Under the pieces are notes generated by a model that saw only the letters and a list, made by a program, of their open reading frames with translations, did no database searches and was not told where the DNA came from. DNA of 18,483 bases, from contig CAXTKV010000100.1 of NCBI GenBank assembly GCA_964244895.1, forward strand, positions 1 to 18,483. The letters are read 5' to 3'. The DNA comes from an uncultured Deinococcales bacterium (GTDB taxonomy: Bacteria > Deinococcota > Deinococci > Deinococcales > JAAFIG01). The number at the start of each line of letters is the position of its first letter. Within the stretch, counting starts at the first letter, position 1. Below, piece after piece: positions 1 through 8,667 of this stretch. A program made the translations under genes and the position numbers.

Positions 1-2
1 AG

Positions 3-101
3 GGCATCCTGGACAACGTACAGCGCGGATTGTCGCCGTTCGTGGACGCCTGGAAGGCCAGCCATCCCGCGCCGAACGCACCGACCCTGCCAGCCCGTTA
101 G
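3..101 (+). CDS. 3' end of an unidentified gene truncated by the window edge (...GILDNVQRGLSPFVDAWKASHPAPNAPTLPAR*)
   Basis: Open frame from position 3 to TAG 99-101 with GC3-rich codons, followed at once by a copy of the intergenic repeat, as for most gene ends here. Confidence 0.6.
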   Translation, partial: GILDNVQRGLSPFVDAWKASHPAPNAPTLPAR

Positions 102-103
102 GG

Positions 104-160
104 AAGACCGTCCAGCACGCGTATTTATGCGTCTCGAGAACACCGCCCCAGACGGTGTTC
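104..160. repeat. REP-like palindromic repeat: half-arm AAGACCGTCCAGCACGCG plus compact hairpin GAACACCGC-CCCAG-ACGGTGTTC (138-160)
   Basis: Direct match to the core repeated at 4501 and 8668. Confidence 0.8.
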
Positions 161-218
161 TTTTCGTTGGTCACATCGGCGCTTGCTCGGGAACCCCGGA
201 ACCGCGAAACTGAACGAC

Positions 219-1031
219 GTGACCTGGCTCGAGACGGCGACCGAACTCTCCGCGCGCGGTGCCGCATTCGTGATCGTCACGGTGGCCATCGTGCGCGGTC
301 ACGCCCCGCGAGCGCCCGGCGCGAAGATGATCGTGGCCTCGGATCGGGTTTCGGGCAGCGTCGGTGGCGGCAACCTGGAACAGACCGCGATTGAGCGCTC
401 ACGCGAAATGCTGCTCGCGCACACCAGCGCGCCGGAACTCTTGACCGTGTCCCTGACGGAACGCGCGGGCGGAACCTACGGCGTGCAATGCTGCGGCGGC
501 GAGGTGACGCTGATGCTCGAGCCCATCCGGACGGCCAGACCGCAGGTCGTGATCTTCGGCGCGGGTCACGTCGGCGTCGCGTTGACGCGCGCGCTGTCCA
601 GTTTGCCCTTCGAGATCGTGCTGATCGACTCGCGCTCCGAAATGCTCGAGGCCGCCCGCTCGAAAAGCGTGGATTCCACGGCGAACCTTGAGATACACCA
701 CGAACCCGTCCTGTACGGCCTGGAAAGCGTATTCGCAATCATCCGTCCCGGCGCGAGCCTGCTGGTCATGACCCACGATCACCTCGAGGACATCACCATC
801 CTTCAGGCCGCGCTGAAGCGCACCGACCTGGCGTACATCGGGCTGATCGGATCGACGGCCAAATGGTCGAATTTCACGGGTCAGTTGCGCGCAAAAGGCT
901 TCACCGAGGCCGATCTGAACCGCGTCACCACGCCCATCGGGGTCGACGGCGTGCGCGGCAAGCGACCCGAGGTGATCGCCATCGCGGTCGCCGCACAGTT
1001 GTTGATGCACCTCGAGTTGCCGGAAGGCTGA
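219..1031 (+). CDS. xdhC: Xanthine dehydrogenase accessory protein XdhC
   Basis: GHAPRAPGAKM, GSVGGGNLE, QCCGG, IFGAGHVG, LVMTHDH, YIGLIGS and TTPIG...GKRPEVIAIAVAAQLL motifs typical of XdhC. Start moved from 183 to GTG 219 (MTWLE...) by resemblance to XdhC N-termini. Confidence 0.92.
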   Translation: MTWLETATELSARGAAFVIVTVAIVRGHAPRAPGAKMIVASDRVSGSVGGGNLEQTAIERSREMLLAHTSAPELLTVSLTERAGGTYGVQCCGGEVTLMLEPIRTARPQVVIFGAGHVGVALTRALSSLPFEIVLIDSRSEMLEAARSKSVDSTANLEIHHEPVLYGLESVFAIIRPGASLLVMTHDHLEDITILQAALKRTDLAYIGLIGSTAKWSNFTGQLRAKGFTEADLNRVTTPIGVDGVRGKRPEVIAIAVAAQLLMHLELPEG

Positions 1032-1087
1032 ACACCGTCCAGAACGAGGTTTCTCGAGATGCAAATTGATCGTGCCGCACGGTGTTC
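1030..1087. repeat. REP-like repeat, degenerate inverted pair overlapping the xdhC stop
   Basis: GAACACCGTCCAGAACG (1030-1046) ... CGTGCCGCACGGTGTTC (1071-1087). Confidence 0.75.
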
Positions 1088-1360
1088 CAGAGCCCACCAA
1101 CCGCCCGAGCATCGCTTGGGATGTCGTGCCGAGCGCGCGAGGAATCTTCCGCCATTGGTCGGTCGAACTCTCGTTCTCGAACTCCCTCGATGTGAACTCC
1201 TCAAGCGAACGACTGCTTCGAGGCGAGCGCGGTGTTTTCTTTGGATTCTCGAGCAAAATATCGCCGCGACGAGTCGAATAGCTCGAGCAGGAAAGCCTTG
1301 CTCAAGCGTCAATCGAGGTACTCGAGCGTCCCGCAGCAAGCTCGCACTTTGGGATCAACG

Positions 1361-1387
1361 AAGAACGCCGTCCAGGACGGCGTTCTT
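1361..1387. repeat. REP-like repeat, compact perfect palindrome downstream of the PP2C gene
   Basis: AAGAACGCCGTCC-A-GGACGGCGTTCTT, 13-bp arms. Confidence 0.8.
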
Positions 1388-1415
1388 GGAATTCAAAATC
1401 ATACGTGCAGGACGG

Positions 1416-2375
1416 TCAAGTGCCGCGCAGCAGCAGGAACGCCACGAACGCCACGATGTACAGCGCCGCCACGCCCCAGATCCAGTAATTGCGTTTGGGA
1501 CGGATCGGTTCCACGATCATGGTGGTCGTCACGCCGGGTTCGGGGTCGGGCACGATCGCGCCGGGACGACCGGAGAGGGTCGGCAGGCGGTAGGCGGCCT
1601 CGCGGTTGTTCTTGATTTTCAGCACTCGAGCCAGCACGACCGTGATGTTGTCCGGGCCGCCACCGGCGTTGGCGTGGTCGATCAGGATTTCCGCGACGCG
1701 AGATGCGGGTTCCAGGGCGTTCGACTCGACCACTTCCAGAATGTGCCCGTCGGTCAGGACGTTGGTCAGTCCGTCGCTGCACAACAGGATCGTGTCGCCC
1801 TGTTGGATGTTGGCGCTGAACAGATCCAGGCGCAGCTGCGGGTAAGACCCGAGCGCGTTGGTGATGACGTTGCGCCATTTGTGCTCGCGGGCTTCGGCTT
1901 CGGTCAGCAGGCCCTGGCGCACCTTGTCCGCCACCCAGCTGTGGTCGCGGGTGAGCTGTTCGATCTGTCCGTCGCGGATCAGGTAAGCCCTGGAATCGCC
2001 GACGTGCCCGATGATGGCGTTCTTGCCGTCCAGGAACACGGCGGTCATGGTCGTGCCCATGCCTCGAGATTCTGATCGGCGCATGGCTTGCTGGTAGACG
2101 GCCAGGTTGGCGCGTTGGAAGGCTCTGGCCAGGCTTTCGGGCGGTGTGGCTTTGACGTTCAGTTCCTGCAGGGCTTCGATCAGGGAATCGCGCGCCAGGG
2201 CGCTAGCGACTTCGCCGGTGCGGTGTCCGCCCATACCGTCTGCGACCAGGAAGACTTCTCCGGTCGGCAGGCTTTCCATCACCCAGGTGTCCTCGTTGAT
2301 CTCTCGTACCTGACCTTCGTGCGTCAGACCCGCGAGATCGAGCAGATTGCCTGTGCTGGGCGTCTGGGCAGTCAT
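1416..2375 (-). CDS. PP2C/PPM-family Ser/Thr protein phosphatase (Stp1/PrpC type) with C-terminal transmembrane helix
   Basis: VADGMGGH, GMGTT, HVGDSRAY, LTRDHS, RNVITNALG, LLCSDGL and GGPDNIT motifs; C-terminal WIWGVAALYIVAFVAFLLL. ATG 2375 chosen because TATAAT lies 8 nt upstream. Confidence 0.93.
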   Translation of the reverse strand: MTAQTPSTGNLLDLAGLTHEGQVREINEDTWVMESLPTGEVFLVADGMGGHRTGEVASALARDSLIEALQELNVKATPPESLARAFQRANLAVYQQAMRRSESRGMGTTMTAVFLDGKNAIIGHVGDSRAYLIRDGQIEQLTRDHSWVADKVRQGLLTEAEAREHKWRNVITNALGSYPQLRLDLFSANIQQGDTILLCSDGLTNVLTDGHILEVVESNALEPASRVAEILIDHANAGGGPDNITVVLARVLKIKNNREAAYRLPTLSGRPGAIVPDPEPGVTTTMIVEPIRPKRNYWIWGVAALYIVAFVAFLLLRGT

Positions 2376-2383
2376 CGCGTCCA

Positions 2384-2389
2384 ATTATA
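2384..2389 (-). promoter_or_regulatory. -10 box TATAAT, leaderless-type promoter of the PP2C gene
   Basis: Perfect TATAAT on the minus strand 8 nt before ATG 2375; no Shine-Dalgarno. Confidence 0.65.
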
Positions 2390-2599
2390 CGGTGTAAAAG
2401 CCATGTAACCCGCCGAAAACCCGACATGTGAGCTTTTGAATCGGTCGGACTCGAACGCGAGGACGGTGTTTTGGACGATCTTTCTGGGCACGATTGAACC
2501 ATGTTAGACGCCAAGATGAAGCTCCCGTAAAAGGTGTTCGGCGGCGCGATGCCGTGCAGACGGGTGCGCTGTGGTTCTCGACGACAGATTCCGTCTCGA

Positions 2600-2686
2600 G
2601 ATACCGTCCAGACGCTCGAGAAACTCAGGAACACCGTCCAGGACGCATGTCTTTGAGGATCGAGAATGCCGTCTGGGACGGTGTCC
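2600..2686. repeat. Cluster of three REP-like copies downstream of the YqhA-like gene
   Basis: GATACCGTCCAGACGC (2600-2615), GGAACACCGTCCAGGACGC (2628-2646), GAATGCCGTCTGGGACGGTGTCC (2664-2686); a further half-site at 2456-2470. Confidence 0.75.
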
Positions 2687-2695
2687 TGAGCGCCA

Positions 2696-3151
2696 TCACT
2701 TGCGCGTCAACCACAAACCCGCGCCGATCAAGGCCACGCCGCCACCCAGCAGCAACAAATCCATGAAACTGGCCGCATCGAGCTTCTGGGCTTCCTCGAA
2801 GAACTTGACGAACAGCAGCATCACCAGCACCGTGGCGAGCTTGCCCTTCAGGTCGTCCAGACTTTCGATCACCAGCACGCGGCGGAACGGGTGATCCTGG
2901 GGCACGTCGATCACGCCGATGAACAACTCGTACAAACCCAACGCGAACAGGATCATGACCGCCGTCAGCAAGCTCGAATCCAGCGCGTGAATCAACAAGA
3001 GAACGCTTTTTGCCTGGTCGTCCGCCGTCACGCCCTTGAAGACATCGTAAGCCGTCAGGTACGCGAAATACGCGCCGCCGACCACCAGGGAAAAGACCGG
3101 CACGATCATCAACCAGCGCGAGGCCATCAGCAGGGCGTTCAGTGGGCGCAC
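2696..3151 (-). CDS. YqhA/UPF0114-family membrane protein
   Basis: ASRWL N-terminal motif, several hydrophobic helices, GLYELFI and IESLDDLKGKL motifs. GTG 3151 (MRPLNALLMASRWL) preferred over 3232; start uncertain. Confidence 0.8.
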   Translation of the reverse strand: MRPLNALLMASRWLMIVPVFSLVVGGAYFAYLTAYDVFKGVTADDQAKSVLLLIHALDSSLLTAVMILFALGLYELFIGVIDVPQDHPFRRVLVIESLDDLKGKLATVLVMLLFVKFFEEAQKLDAASFMDLLLLGGGVALIGAGLWLTRK

Positions 3152-3264
3152 GCCACCCTTGATAACACGAGGGCGGTGTCGAGGAACCCATCGGAGGAGT
3201 GTCGAGAAGAGCGGTATCTCGAGCAGTTCCACAATCCGGGTCGCGCGCGGCTCGCGCTCGGGGT

Positions 3265-3270
3265 TAAGCT
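3265..3270 (+). promoter_or_regulatory. -10 box TAAGCT, leaderless-type promoter
   Basis: TANNNT 6 nt before ATG 3277. Confidence 0.55.
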
Positions 3271-3276
3271 CGAACC

Positions 3277-4446
3277 ATGTTTGAGGCTTACGAGACCGTC
3301 AATCCCGAAGAACTCCGCCATCGGTACTCCGGCAAGTGGACGAATTACCCGGAGGACGTGCTGCCCCTGTGGGTCGCGGACATGGATTTTCCGGCCTCGG
3401 AAGAAATCCTGTCGGCCTTGCGCGAACGCACGGCGCGCCGCATCGGTTACCCGCCGCGCAACGGCGACGCGGAACTGATTCAGGCCATCATCGAACGCCA
3501 GGCGCGCTTCGGCTGGAAGGGCCTGGAGGCCGCGAATTTGTGGTTCGTGCCCGGCGTCGTGCCCGGACTGTACGCCAGCGTGCTGGGCCTGACCGCACCC
3601 GGCGACGAGATCATCACGCACACGCCGATCTACCCGCCCTTTTTGACCTCCATCACCGATCACGGGCGCGTGGCCAAGCACAACCCGCTGGTTCACACCG
3701 ACCACGGCTGGCGCATGGACATGGCGCAACTCGAAACGCTGCTCACACCGAAAACGAAACTCTTCATGCTCTGCAACCCGCACAACCCGACGGGTCGCGT
3801 CTTCAGCCGCCAGGAACTCGAGGGCATCGCGGAATTCGTCATGCGACACGACCTGCTGGTCGTCTCGGACGAGTTGCACTCGGACCTGATCTTCGACGGG
3901 ACGCACACGCCGTTCGCAGCGCTCGGCCCTGAAATCGCGGAGCGCACCGTCGTGCTGACCGGGCCGTGCAAGACCTACAACACGGCGGGTCTGGGTATTG
4001 GGGCGGCCATCAGCAAAAATACGCAACTGCTGGAAAAAATGCAGGCTGCCACCAGAGGCGTGATGGCGCACCCGAACGTCATGAGCCTGGAAATGTGGCT
4101 GGCCGGGTTGCGCCACGGCGCGCCCTGGCTGGAACGCACCTTGACCTACCTGCGCGGCAACCGCGATGACTTGGCGTCCTTCGTGCGCGAGCACTGGTCA
4201 GAGGTGCGCCACACGCCGCCCGAAGGCACGTACCTGTCCTGGTTGGACTTTCGCGCCTACCCGTTCGCGTCCAGAGCCCACGCCGTGATGCTCGAGGACG
4301 CGAAGGTCGGATTGAACGACGGCCCGCCGTTCGGCCCGGATGCTCAGGGATTCTTGCGTCTGAACTTTGCCACGTCCCGCGCAATTTTGACCGAAGCGTT
4401 GGAGCGCATGGAACGCGCCGTGGACGCGCACGTTCGGGCGCGTTGA
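3277..4446 (+). CDS. patB: MalY/PatB-family PLP-dependent C-S lyase (cystathionine beta-lyase-like)
   Basis: KW...PLWVADMDF, VPGVVPGL, TPIYPPF, LCNPHNPTGRV, SDELHSDL, GPCKTYNTAGL (PLP lysine), PEGTYLSWLD, FLRLNFAT. Confidence 0.9.
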   Translation: MFEAYETVNPEELRHRYSGKWTNYPEDVLPLWVADMDFPASEEILSALRERTARRIGYPPRNGDAELIQAIIERQARFGWKGLEAANLWFVPGVVPGLYASVLGLTAPGDEIITHTPIYPPFLTSITDHGRVAKHNPLVHTDHGWRMDMAQLETLLTPKTKLFMLCNPHNPTGRVFSRQELEGIAEFVMRHDLLVVSDELHSDLIFDGTHTPFAALGPEIAERTVVLTGPCKTYNTAGLGIGAAISKNTQLLEKMQAATRGVMAHPNVMSLEMWLAGLRHGAPWLERTLTYLRGNRDDLASFVREHWSEVRHTPPEGTYLSWLDFRAYPFASRAHAVMLEDAKVGLNDGPPFGPDAQGFLRLNFATSRAILTEALERMERAVDAHVRAR

Positions 4447-4500
4447 GCCGCGAGCCCACAGAAGTTTGACTCGAGCCTTAGGAATGCACCCAATAATCCG

Positions 4501-4550
4501 AGAACACCGTCCAGCACGCGTTCCTGAATCCGCGTGCTGGACGGTGTTCT
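4501..4550. repeat. REP-like repeat, perfect 20-bp hairpin between convergent genes (possible bidirectional 3'-end structure)
   Basis: AGAACACCGTCCAGCACGCG-N10-CGCGTGCTGGACGGTGTTCT. Confidence 0.9.
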
Positions 4551-4557
4551 GAGCACC

Positions 4558-4737
4558 TCAGATGCGTTCGTCGCCGGAAGCCGCACCGCGCCAGTCCATG
4601 AAATCCCAGAAGCACGATTCCGGCGTACCGCGCAAGGCTTCCAGGTACGCGTGACGGGCGCTGTCCGCGAACAACGAATCATCCGCGCTCGAGACCGACT
4701 GCACTTCGACATTGCTCAACCCGCCCTGAATCATCAT
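4558..4737 (-). CDS. Small hypothetical protein, 59 aa, absent from the ORF track: MMIQGGLSNVEVQSVSSADDSLFADSARHAYLEALRGTPESCFWDFMDWRGAASGDERI
   Basis: ATG 4737 to TGA 4558; TAAACT (4744-4749, minus strand) 6 nt upstream like the other leaderless genes; repeat hairpin 7 nt after the stop. Confidence 0.6.
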   Translation of the reverse strand: MMIQGGLSNVEVQSVSSADDSLFADSARHAYLEALRGTPESCFWDFMDWRGAASGDERI

Positions 4738-4743
4738 GATGAG

Positions 4744-4801
4744 AGTTTAATGTACCAGGATTAATCGAAGCTAAAACGCGCGCCAGCGCAGGAATTATGC
4801 T
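4744..4801. promoter_or_regulatory. Back-to-back divergent leaderless promoters
   Basis: TAAACT on the minus strand (4744-4749) and TATGCT on the plus strand (4796-4801), each 6 nt from its start codon. Confidence 0.55.
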
Positions 4802-4807
4802 GAAGCC

Positions 4808-5635
4808 GTGAACCTCACGCGCCGACCCACCCTCGAGTTCACCGCCGGCCAGATCGCGGACGCGATCAACGCCAGCTTCGAGGATTACCTGCTGCCCGTC
4901 CAATTCACGCCCCAGGCTGCCGAACGCCGATTCCGCGCCGAGCACCTCGACCCGGAAGCCAGCATGATCTACGCCATCGGGGATCGGGTGGTGGGCGTGC
5001 TGATGGTCGCCCGCCGGGGTTGGAACGCCCGCATCGCCGCGATGGGCATCACCAAAGCCCACAGGGGCCAGGGCATCGGCAAACGCATCATGCAGGAGGC
5101 CATCGGGGACGCCAAAGAACGCGGCGACCGCAGGCTTTGCCTGGAAGTCTTCGAGCAGAACCCGAACGCCGTCAAGCTGTACGCGTCCGTTGGCTTTCGG
5201 GTGGCGCGCCGCCTCGTCGGGTACAGGCGCGAAGCCGAACCCGGCAACGCCGAGCACCTGCTCGAGATCGACCCGCTCGAGTTTTCCCGGATCGCCGCGA
5301 CTGAGGGCGCGCCCGACCTGCCCTGGCAACTGCAGCCCGAAACATTCGCCGCTCAGGTCGCACCCGTGCGCGCCTACGCGCTCAAAGGCGCCGCATTCGC
5401 GCTGATCCGCGACACGCCCGGAGGTGCCTTCACGCTCCACGCCATCCTGGTGCGTCGGGAGGCTCGAGGACAGGGTTACGGACGGCGCACGATTCGCGGA
5501 TTGAGCGCGATGCTGGGTGGCAAAGCCTGCACGGTTCCTCAGATCGTGCCCGACGATTTATCACCTGAGTTTTTCTCGAGATTGGAGTTCGCCGTCGTGC
5601 CGTTAAACCAGTTCGAGATGCGCCTCGAGTTGTGA
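4808..5635 (+). CDS. GNAT-family N-acetyltransferase with two GNAT domains
   Basis: Acetyl-CoA-binding motif A twice (HRGQGIGKRIM; ARGQGYGRRTI) and LEVFEQNPNAVKLYASVGF. Confidence 0.88.
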   Translation: MNLTRRPTLEFTAGQIADAINASFEDYLLPVQFTPQAAERRFRAEHLDPEASMIYAIGDRVVGVLMVARRGWNARIAAMGITKAHRGQGIGKRIMQEAIGDAKERGDRRLCLEVFEQNPNAVKLYASVGFRVARRLVGYRREAEPGNAEHLLEIDPLEFSRIAATEGAPDLPWQLQPETFAAQVAPVRAYALKGAAFALIRDTPGGAFTLHAILVRREARGQGYGRRTIRGLSAMLGGKACTVPQIVPDDLSPEFFSRLEFAVVPLNQFEMRLEL

Positions 5636-5638
5636 AGG

Positions 5639-5686
5639 GAACACCGTCCAGCATGCATGCCTAAAACTGCGTGCTGAACGGTGTTC
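5639..5686. repeat. REP-like repeat hairpin between convergent GNAT and GlcF-like genes
   Basis: GAACACCGTCCAGCATGCA-N10-TGCGTGCTGAACGGTGTTC. Confidence 0.85.
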
Positions 5687-5783
5687 ACGGGAAAAGAACG
5701 AGAACCCCCCGCACTGGAGAGTGAGTCTCGCTCGAGATTCACGCTGGATCGAGTCGGAACGGTGTTGCCAAGTTTCTTGTGGA

Positions 5784-7163
5784 TCAATCGCCGCCCGGAG
5801 CCTGAGGTTCTTGCTGGTACGCCCGCTCGAGAATCTGGCTGGTGTGGAGCACTTCCACGTCCACGCCAAAGGTGCGCGTGCCCGCCTCGAGTTGCAGCAG
5901 GCAGCCGGGGTTCTCGACGCTGAGGATTTTTGCGCCGGTGGCCTCGACGCGCTCCATCTTGCCCGCCAGGATTTTCTGGCTGGTTTGTGGGTGCGTGATG
6001 TTGTAAATCCCGGCGCTGCCGCAGCAGTCGCTGGCGCGCTCGAGTTCCACGTATTCCACAGCCGGGTTCTGTTGCAGGATTTCCCTGGGTTGGGCGCAGA
6101 CGCTCTGCGCGTGGCACAGGTGGCAGGCGTCCTGGTAGGTGACGGACATTTTTTGAAAGGTGTCTTCGGGCAGGCCGCGCAGGCCCTCTTTTTTCAGGAA
6201 TTCGCTGATGCCGTAGGCTTTCGCGCTCAGGCGTTCGGCTTTCGGGCCGTAAACGGGGTCGTCCTGGAAGTAGTTTTTGTACTTTTTAAGTTCCGCTCCG
6301 CAGGCGGCGCAGTCCGTGATGATGGCGTCCACGCTCAGGCGGTCGTACAGGTCGAGGTTGCGCTTGGCAACCTGCTTGAAGCCTTCCAGGTCGCCTTCTT
6401 CGATGTGCGGCGCACCGCAGCAGGTGGTGTCGCGCGGGGTGATGACATCGAATCCGTTGCGGCGCAGCACGGTGTGCGTGGCGCTCGAGGCTTCAGAAAA
6501 GACGGCGTTCATGATGCAGCCCAGAAAGAACGCGACCGTGCCGCGTTTCTCGCCCGTGGCGTAGGCCAGGGTGGGCACGCGCGTTCTGAGCGATGGCGCG
6601 ACGGGCTTGCCGGGCACGAGGTTCTCGAGTTCCGCGAGTTTGGCACCGAAGCTTCCCAATCTGCGGAGCGCGCCGCTTTCGCGCACCCATTTTTGCAACC
6701 CGGTCTTCTGGTAGATCCGCACGCCCAGGTTGCCCAGGTCGATCAACCACGGGTACTTGAAGGCCTCGAGCATGAACTTGTTTTGCAAGCCGTGGGCGCG
6801 GCCTTCTTGAAGCGCCACGCGGGTTTCGACGGCCATCTCGCCGGGTTTGACGCCGGATGGGCAGACCGTCTGGCAGGCGCGGCAGTCCATGCAGTCGTAG
6901 GCGGCCTCGAGCACCAGGGCTTTGTCGTCGGTCAGTCCTTCGGCGATGGCGCGGTAGAGCATCACGCGGCCTCGCGGGGATTGGATTTCCTCGCCGGTCA
7001 GTTGGTAGGTCGGGCAGGCGGACAGGCACACGCCGCACTGCACGCAGATGTCGGAGCCTTCCAGGAGTTTGTCGGCCCACATGAACCTGGGTTCGGACGG
7101 GTGCTGAACGAACGATTCGAGTGTGATGGCTTGCGTGCCCGGTTCGTGCGACCCTGCGCTCAT
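5784..7163 (-). CDS. glcF: Fe-S oxidoreductase subunit, GlcF-like (glycolate oxidase iron-sulfur subunit family)
   Basis: Two CxxCxxCxxxCP motifs (CVQCGVCLSACP; CMDCRACQTVCP), SPRGR, two CCG domains (FFLGC..TCCGA..AACG; YQDACHLCH..CCGSAGIYN..NPGC). TAGAAT (7170-7175, minus) 6 nt upstream of the ATG. Confidence 0.85.
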   Translation of the reverse strand: MSAGSHEPGTQAITLESFVQHPSEPRFMWADKLLEGSDICVQCGVCLSACPTYQLTGEEIQSPRGRVMLYRAIAEGLTDDKALVLEAAYDCMDCRACQTVCPSGVKPGEMAVETRVALQEGRAHGLQNKFMLEAFKYPWLIDLGNLGVRIYQKTGLQKWVRESGALRRLGSFGAKLAELENLVPGKPVAPSLRTRVPTLAYATGEKRGTVAFFLGCIMNAVFSEASSATHTVLRRNGFDVITPRDTTCCGAPHIEEGDLEGFKQVAKRNLDLYDRLSVDAIITDCAACGAELKKYKNYFQDDPVYGPKAERLSAKAYGISEFLKKEGLRGLPEDTFQKMSVTYQDACHLCHAQSVCAQPREILQQNPAVEYVELERASDCCGSAGIYNITHPQTSQKILAGKMERVEATGAKILSVENPGCLLQLEAGTRTFGVDVEVLHTSQILERAYQQEPQAPGGD

Positions 7164-7197
7164 GGGCTGATTCTACGGGCTCGAGGTGGCGCGCATC

Positions 7198-7229
7198 TGC
7201 GCCGCGCGGCGCATTTGAATGGTTCAAAT
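7198..7229. promoter_or_regulatory. Two abutting inverted repeats upstream of the GlcF-like gene; candidate operator
   Basis: TGCGCCGCGCGGCGCA (7198-7213) and ATTTGAA-TGG-TTCAAAT (7213-7229). Confidence 0.35.
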
Positions 7230-7231
7230 CG

Positions 7232-7292
7232 AAGAACACCGTGCTGGACAGCGTTTTTGAGCGCAAGAGAGACACCGTGCTGGACGGTGTTC
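7232..7292. repeat. Two tandem compact REP-like copies
   Basis: AAGAACACCGTGCTGGACAGCGTTTTT (7232-7258) and GACACCGT-GCTGG-ACGGTGTTC (7271-7292). Confidence 0.8.
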
Positions 7293-7346
7293 CCATATTG
7301 GGTACGTTTTTTTCGAGACAAACCCGAAATCGCGCGGCTCGAGCCT

Positions 7347-7616
7347 TCAGGCGCGTTGGGGGCGTTCGTTGCCGCGCTTGAAATTCCCGGTCAGCTTGGC
7401 GATCAGCAGTTGCACGGCGTGATCCGCCAGGCGCTCCGCGCGACCCAGGAACTTTCTGGCCTGGACGCCGCGCAGAATCTTGACGGGACGACCCCGGTAC
7501 TCGAGGAACACGATGCCGTCCTTGCTGGCCTTCCACGAAAACGGTTCGGCCATCAGCGTGCCGCGCTGATCGACGGGCTGATCCGGGTCCAGGTCATCGG
7601 TACGTCTCTCATTCAT
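7347..7616 (-). CDS. Small hypothetical protein (89 aa) ending AKLTGNFKRGNER
   Basis: ATG 7616 has TAAACT (7624-7629, minus) 7 nt upstream; EPFSW..KDG.VF and TGNFKRGNER resemble a small uncharacterised family recalled from other bacteria (not verified). Confidence 0.75.
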   Translation of the reverse strand: MNERRTDDLDPDQPVDQRGTLMAEPFSWKASKDGIVFLEYRGRPVKILRGVQARKFLGRAERLADHAVQLLIAKLTGNFKRGNERPQRA

Positions 7617-7718
7617 CGGTCTGAGTTTACGGGATGCGTGTCTGGCACGCATCAGCCCTCTGGCCTCGGACGAATAAGCCAAAAGTCGGAGTAGAGACAG
7701 TTGACCGTAGACTCGGGC

Positions 7719-8651
7719 ATGACGCCCGAGCGGGTTCTGGAAACGCCGTATTTCGACCTCGTGCGCCTGGCCGATGGCGTCTTCGCCGCGATATCACAGA
7801 ACCCGGTCTGGACGGTCGCAAACGCGGGCATTGTCGATCTGGGCGACTGGACGCTGGTGTTCGACGCGTTCAGTTCGCCGCGCGCCGCCGAGGCCCTGAA
7901 ACGCGCCGCCGAGGACGCGACCGGCAAGCCCGTCCGGGTCGTGGTCAACAGCCATCACCACCTCGATCACAGCCTGGGCAATCAGGTTTTTAAGGGCGCG
8001 ACCATCGTTTCGAGCGCGATCACGCGCAGCTTGATGCACCAACGCTTTGATCGTCTGCGGCGGGAAGCCGTGAATTTCCCGGCGCAGCTCGAGGCGCTCA
8101 GGCAGCAACTTTCCGCGCCGCTCGAACCGAGTCTTCTGGCGCAACTCGAGCCGCAGGTCGCGGAACTCGAGATGCTGCTGGAAATGCTCGAAGCGTTTGA
8201 ACCCACGCTGCCGACCGCGACCTTCGATCGCCGCCTCGAGTTTCACGGTTCGGCGCGGCGCGTGCTGGTCGAAGGTTTCGGCGGTCACACGGCCTCGGAC
8301 GCGGTTATGAACCTGCCGGATGACGGGCTGATCTTCACCGCCGATCTGGTGGTCGTCGATCACCTGGGTTTCATGGGGCACGGCGACCCAGACGCGTGGC
8401 TGACGACCCTCAGCGCGCTCGAGCAACTGGACGGGCTGCCCACGCTCGTGCCGGGACACGGGCCGGTCTCGACGCCAGCCGCAATTCCGGCCATGCGCGC
8501 GTACCTGGTAGAGATGCTGGGACTCGGCCAGAGCGTCCAGAATGCGAGCGAACTCGAGCAGATTGCCGTGCCGGAGGCGTGGAAAAATTGGGGCTTGCTG
8601 GCGGGTTTCCGACCGAATCTGGAATTCGCGTGCGAGCGCAAACGGAGGTGA
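7719..8651 (+). CDS. MBL-fold metallo-hydrolase (cyclase-like subgroup)
   Basis: NAGIVDLG, NSHHHLDHSLGN (HxHxDH), GGHTASD, FTADL, VPGHG. ATG 7719 has TAGACT (7708-7713) 5 nt upstream. Confidence 0.9.
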   Translation: MTPERVLETPYFDLVRLADGVFAAISQNPVWTVANAGIVDLGDWTLVFDAFSSPRAAEALKRAAEDATGKPVRVVVNSHHHLDHSLGNQVFKGATIVSSAITRSLMHQRFDRLRREAVNFPAQLEALRQQLSAPLEPSLLAQLEPQVAELEMLLEMLEAFEPTLPTATFDRRLEFHGSARRVLVEGFGGHTASDAVMNLPDDGLIFTADLVVVDHLGFMGHGDPDAWLTTLSALEQLDGLPTLVPGHGPVSTPAAIPAMRAYLVEMLGLGQSVQNASELEQIAVPEAWKNWGLLAGFRPNLEFACERKRR

Positions 8652-8667
8652 ACGCGGGCGCACCACG

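Noticed and set aside
1088..1360. Small ORFs or pseudogene between xdhC and PP2C
   Set aside because: No initiation signal, atypical codon use and no recognisable protein; looks like TCGA-rich intergenic DNA.
4558..5635. GNAT toxin-antitoxin pair or RiPP cluster
   Set aside because: Genes are divergent, the GNAT is a two-domain type, the small protein lacks an RHH pattern, and no RiPP maturases or transporters are adjacent.
5721..7694. 657-aa plus-strand ORF and similar long ORFs (1059-2075, 3139-4194, 8927-10591, 12064-13287, 14058-16253)
   Set aside because: Antisense or off-frame shadows of well-supported genes in GC-rich DNA, with no recognisable motifs.
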